Translations under genes and position numbers: made by a program
Shown here: piece by piece, positions 59,301-64,000 of the stretch
Numbering within the stretch: position 1 is the stretch's first letter
Layout: each line of letters begins with the position of its first letter
Origin: Phoronis australis
Taxonomy: Eukaryota; Animalia; Phoronida
Direction: 5' to 3'
NCBI GenBank assembly: GCA_002633005.1
Contig: NMRA01000455.1
Span: 172,652 to 236,651, forward strand
DNA length: 64,000 bases
The notes under the pieces: generated by a model
What the model saw: only the letters and a program-made list of their open reading frames with translations
Told to the model about the DNA's origin: nothing
Database searches by the model: none

Positions 59301-62100
59301 TCTCTGCCTATTTAGATCACAATGCTAGGGAGTGGAATTTTACTTTGTTGAACAAGAATAAACATTAGTGTGGTTAATTTCATTGCTTGCATGATTTGTG
59401 GTGACCATGACCATAAGCACCACAAACCTCACTTGCTAAATATTCTGATGTTGATTGTCTATTATTAAATCGGAACTGAACTATGTCATGAGGTTCATCT
59501 GAGACTGGGAATTTGACATGATGATCAAAGTTCAGAGTTCAAAGTTTATTTGTAGTGGGAGCTGATTTAGGCAAATGAAATGTCAAGTTGGCCAAATTTG
59601 TTTAGGTGCTATGGGGCTTCCATTTTTCATGGTGGGATTTCATTGTTTCAGATAGTAACTGACTTTGTGTTGGCAGCATCTGAACAACAGAAAATTCTAA
59701 CTTGACTGGTGGCCAGAAATTAAAAATTCTTGTAATTGTTTGAATCAAAAATCTATTTCCATACTCTAGGAAGTCTGTGTGTTAAGTCTTGGAATAAATT
59801 CATTGAACAGGTGCATCCAAAATGTCTCCCAGTAATTAAATCACGTTAAGTCTAGGTTTTCAAACTCTTGGCAAGCTTGAGTAAGCCAAATTCATCACGA
59901 CAAAATCCAAACTCGACTTGACGATGAGTCAGAGCAGGTTGTATGCAACATTCAAATACTCAAATACTGGTACCCTTACAGTTGTACTATCTGCTGGAAA
60001 CCAAGATAATTATCAACCTGAAGTATTGTCCACTTCAAGAATTTCCCAAGTACAAGCTAGCCTTTGGAATGAGTTTAATTGTCACTAGGTTTAAAACCAT
60101 AGCCGTGTGGACGATATTTGTCCTGGAACAACTTGACAGACGTGTGAGAACTTACTCCGCCTTGTTCAAGAGTACAAGTCCAAATGTGGAATCAAACCTG
60201 CAGACAAAGTGGAATTAATTACCAGCAGTTGCACAACTAGGGGCATCTAAATGTTGATGGTGCAGGGTGCGTAGTGTTGGACACTTGGTTGAATGGGGAG
60301 GGGCACATTTCTCTTGGGTAAGTTGCTCTAGGATAACTTGTGTTGACGCCATCTGTTGGCTGTCTTGGTTTCAGGCCAAAGTATCTAAAACAAAGAATAA
60401 CATTAACTAACAGTATAATCAACATCATATATGCAAGCAACGTAAGTAGATGAAAACATTTTGTTTTAACTCAAGACTTTGTCGGTGATTCTAACAAAGC
60501 ACATCGGCAATAGTTGGATAAAACATGCTCGCATTTTGAGAACCAGTTTAATGCCCGTTATTCAGTGGAGAAAACTGGTTCTCAAAATGCAGGCATGTTA
60601 AATCTCAAGTCAACTATTAGCAAACATAACAGTAAAGCAAACAATACAAACAACCAATCACATTGCTTGCTTTACCCTGATGTTTCCACTGATGATGTTT
60701 TTACTGTAAACTCGCAGGTTAATGCCCATGCCATAGTAATCGCCCATCCCCGACTTTCACCAATTTTTGATTCAAGTGCCCACTGCTCCGGGAATCACCC
60801 ACGGCCCACCCCGTCTTAGATTTTCCCATTTTAAGCGCCTAGGACTTTAGCCCGTGAGTTTACGTTAAGTTAGAACCAAACATTTGGACTTATGTATTTT
60901 TTGTTATGTGTCATTGATTATTTGCTATTCTGTTTGCTGCCATATTTTAAAACCCAAGGCGTTAGCTGATAGAAGTGGAATAGATCTTGCCAGGGATTTT
61001 TGTGGACGTCAGTGTACAAATAATGAGAATTTAACCAGTCAGCAGACTTTTTGTTCTTTGACTAGTTGTCGGCTAGTACAATTACTCATTAGGAGTCGGC
61101 TATTGATTTCTGCTTGTACTGTCTTGATAAGTGAACATTTACATAGAATTAATGGCAACTAGACTTTAGAGAGTATTCACCTGGAACCAGCAGCACCGCG
61201 CTCCTGTGGACATTTTATAACCATATACGTTGAAGATAATGCTTAAATTGAAAAAAAATGAGGAGTGAACAGGTGTGCTTAATTTTTTTATTGTGTTGGA
61301 GCTTTGGATTTCATTGACATTGCAAGTGGCCTGTTGTTGACGATAACAAAAATTAGGCCTCAGGGTAGGGGAAGGCTTTAACTTTGCGACACATCTTTTT
61401 TCGTTGTTAACTGATTGTTGAAACAAATGCTATAAAGACACTGGGCATATTTCCTGATTTCAAGCAGTGTTCACAAAGCGGGAGTAGAACATATTGCAAC
61501 TAAATTTGATGGTGTTTTTAAGAGAAGAGATGGCATTCCCCAGCTAGGATGTTGATGTTGTGATTAAAAACAACATTTTATCAGCAGTCTATCCTGGTAT
61601 ACTTGGAAGTTTTTAGTGCCATAAAATAGTTCCTCAAGAGTCCTTGTGCACTGATAAAACACAGATAATTAGGTTTAAAAGTACTTGTTTATGCAAGCTG
61701 TTTCTGATTGGCTATTGACCTGTGTATGACAGAAGTCTCAGCTGGCCTTGTTTGTTGAACTAATCTTTATTTGTTGTTTCTACTATTGGTATAGATATAA
61801 ACAAATGACTTTGATGTGCATGCCATATCAGGTTTTAGAATTGATTTGTGGGAGATAGTGTTGCTTTTTTCTCTGGCTTGCCTATAGTATGGTGAATTCC
61901 TGGATTGGAGACTTTGGCCGGAATTTGCACTCCTTTTGATCTCAGATGAACAATTACTTAATGCAAATACTTCCGCAGTTTTATATTTTTAATTTCCCGA
62001 CATTTTCATGGGCATGACGTCACAAGTAAATGGAAAATCATTAATATTTGTTCAAATTATGGCATTTCTATCATACCCAGCTAACCCAGGTACAGCATTA

Positions 62101-63246
62101 AGTGCCATCCACACACATACTTACTCTAGAACAAGTTACCTCTGCATCAAGTTGTCGCTAGGTGTGAGTGCTGTTTGGACTCTGTTTAACATTGTTGCAC
62201 TACTTACCCCACTTGTGACGACTTCACGTTATTGGGGTGGGGTAACTTGTTCTAGGATAACTTGCGCCACTTGTAATCGATCTGTAGCCGCAAAAGTGGG
62301 GCAGGGAGAAAGTAATTATCAGGTGCAGTTTATCCAGGCCTTTATCCAGGATTTCAAAAAAGGGTGTCCAAAATGGGGTTCCCAATATTCCAAGGCGTCC
62401 ATGATTCCGACGCGTAACCCCCACCCCCAGAAATGCCCCCAAACACAGATTTTTTTACAAAAAATGCATAGACCAAGGTTTTTACATCTAAGTTTACAAG
62501 TTTACAAAACAGCCTTCTGTAGTGAGCGTTTTTACTAAAAAAAACTGTAGACCCAGGCATTTACAATGCTATCAATCAAGTGTGAGTGTAGCAACATTGT
62601 ATATACATTGTATATTTCTTCCTGCTTTGAAAAAAAAGAGTCCCCACTGTGAGCCTTCAGAGGCTTCCTNGATTCCGACGCGTAACCCCCACCCCCAGAA
62701 ATGCCCCCAAACAGATTTTTTTACAAAAAATGCATAGACCAAGGTTTTTACATCTAAGTTTACAAGTTTACAAAACAGCCTTCTGTAGTGAGCGTTTTTA
62801 CTAAAAAAACTGTAAACCCAGACATTTACAATGCTATCAATCAAGTGTGAGTGTAGCAACATTGTATATTCATTGTATAAACATTGTATATTTCTTCCTG
62901 CTTTGAAAAAAAAGAGTCCCCACTGTGAGCCTTCAGAGGCTTCCTAGTATTCATTACAATGTGTGAGTCCAAACATGAAAGGTTCCTATTGACAGTGGGT
63001 GTCCAAATGATACATTGGGCTTCCTTGCCAGGGCCTCCAGATTAATGCCCAGGACATAGGCTGCATAAACGCCTGCGATTACATTATAGACAGGTTTTCT
63101 TTTGCACAGGGTATGTGCTTTTGGTGTTCATTGTCATGCATAGAGCAACAACTTCTGCCTTACTCTAGTTATCCAACGTGTGTGTGGATGCTCTACTTAA
63201 AAGTTGCAAGCGCACGTTCTAGGATAGGCGGTGTGTGGATGGTACT
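62101..63246. mobile_element. PIF/Harbinger-like MITE, TTA TSD, carrying a nested CAGGC-ended element (~62335-63075)
   Basis: TIR agtgccatccacacac / gtgtgtggatggtact; tta on both sides; related to 25469-25846. Confidence 0.7.
62403..62945 (+). repeat. ~270-bp direct duplication joined by a single N (62670); probable assembly artefact
   Basis: gattccgacgcgtaacccc...cagaggcttcct occurs twice, either side of the N. Confidence 0.85.
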
Positions 63247-64000
63247 TTAGTCTGTCGAGAAATCCACGCTTCAGTTCCAAGACCACCGTTGTACATTTGC
63301 AGTCAATGCCATTTTGATGTTGCCTTAGCAAAGTTATTAAACCTTCTGTTGAGACACTTCCATGCCCTTTAATTTCGGAAGTGTACTTATGTATCCTAAG
63401 GAGTTTCCTGCTGGAGCTCCACCAGTTGCAATCTCAACAGAAATCCTTAAAGGGAAATTACCTGTTTTATATTTGAAGAAAACACATTACTAGGATTATT
63501 ACATAGGTGGACTTCTTGAAAATATTAGGCTTTGATCACAGCCATAAAACAGCAAAAATCCATTATGCTTTTGTGATTTTATTACATAATCCCCAATTAT
63601 TGTTGCTGTTGTCTGCCAGGCATATACTGAAATAATAGATTGTGACTAACCTGTGAATATGCTTAATTTAGCGGGGGGGGNTAGGTTTGATTCCACCCTG
63701 AGGTTGATCTTAGAAAATTGCAGTAACACCTTTCATTTCCTACAGGATTTGAAAAATCAAAAAAGTCAACAATTTTAACCATTCATGCATCAGATAATTT
63801 CATTTTACCTGTGAGACTTTAACTCAGCACAGAAACTGACCTGTCGCAAGCAAGCTTCAGGTCAACCTACGATATTTCTTATGACGTAATTTGTCACATT
63901 TCGGCTCGAGTCTTATGTACCGTAAGGTTTGATGACCTCGATATAAACTGCAAAGTTAATCGAACCGTTCACACCAACTGCGGTAAGTAACGCCATTGAA

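Noticed and set aside
48369-64000. Short ORFs in CERT1 intron 1, including the 176-aa ORF at 62008-62538
   Set aside because: No domain similarity; they overlap MITEs or duplicated sequence

Overview
AT-rich, intron-rich animal genomic DNA (marine-invertebrate-like; taxon not determinable from sequence alone) with several N gaps. It holds four protein-coding loci: (1) the 5' part of NBAS on the minus strand (31 phase-consistent coding exons, ATG at 27699, ~1182 codons, running out of the left edge); (2,3) two tandem 3-exon dithiol glutaredoxin genes on the plus strand (CPYC, 30834-32662; CPFC, 39065-43847); (4) the first coding exon of ceramide transfer protein CERT1/COL4A3BP (48132-48368), followed by >15 kb of intron. 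The rest is TE debris: a dead Merlin/IS1595-type transposase, LINE 3' ends, tRNA-derived SINE heads, and hAT5-like, Harbinger-like and P-like MITEs. The most unusual structures are a nested pair of 80-bp palindromic elements, each with its own 8-bp TSD (39169-39336), two intronic minisatellites built from NBAS exon/donor junctions, and a repeat with a hammerhead-like vestige. I found no evidence of a novel multi-gene system. All coordinates were read by eye and no database searches were run.
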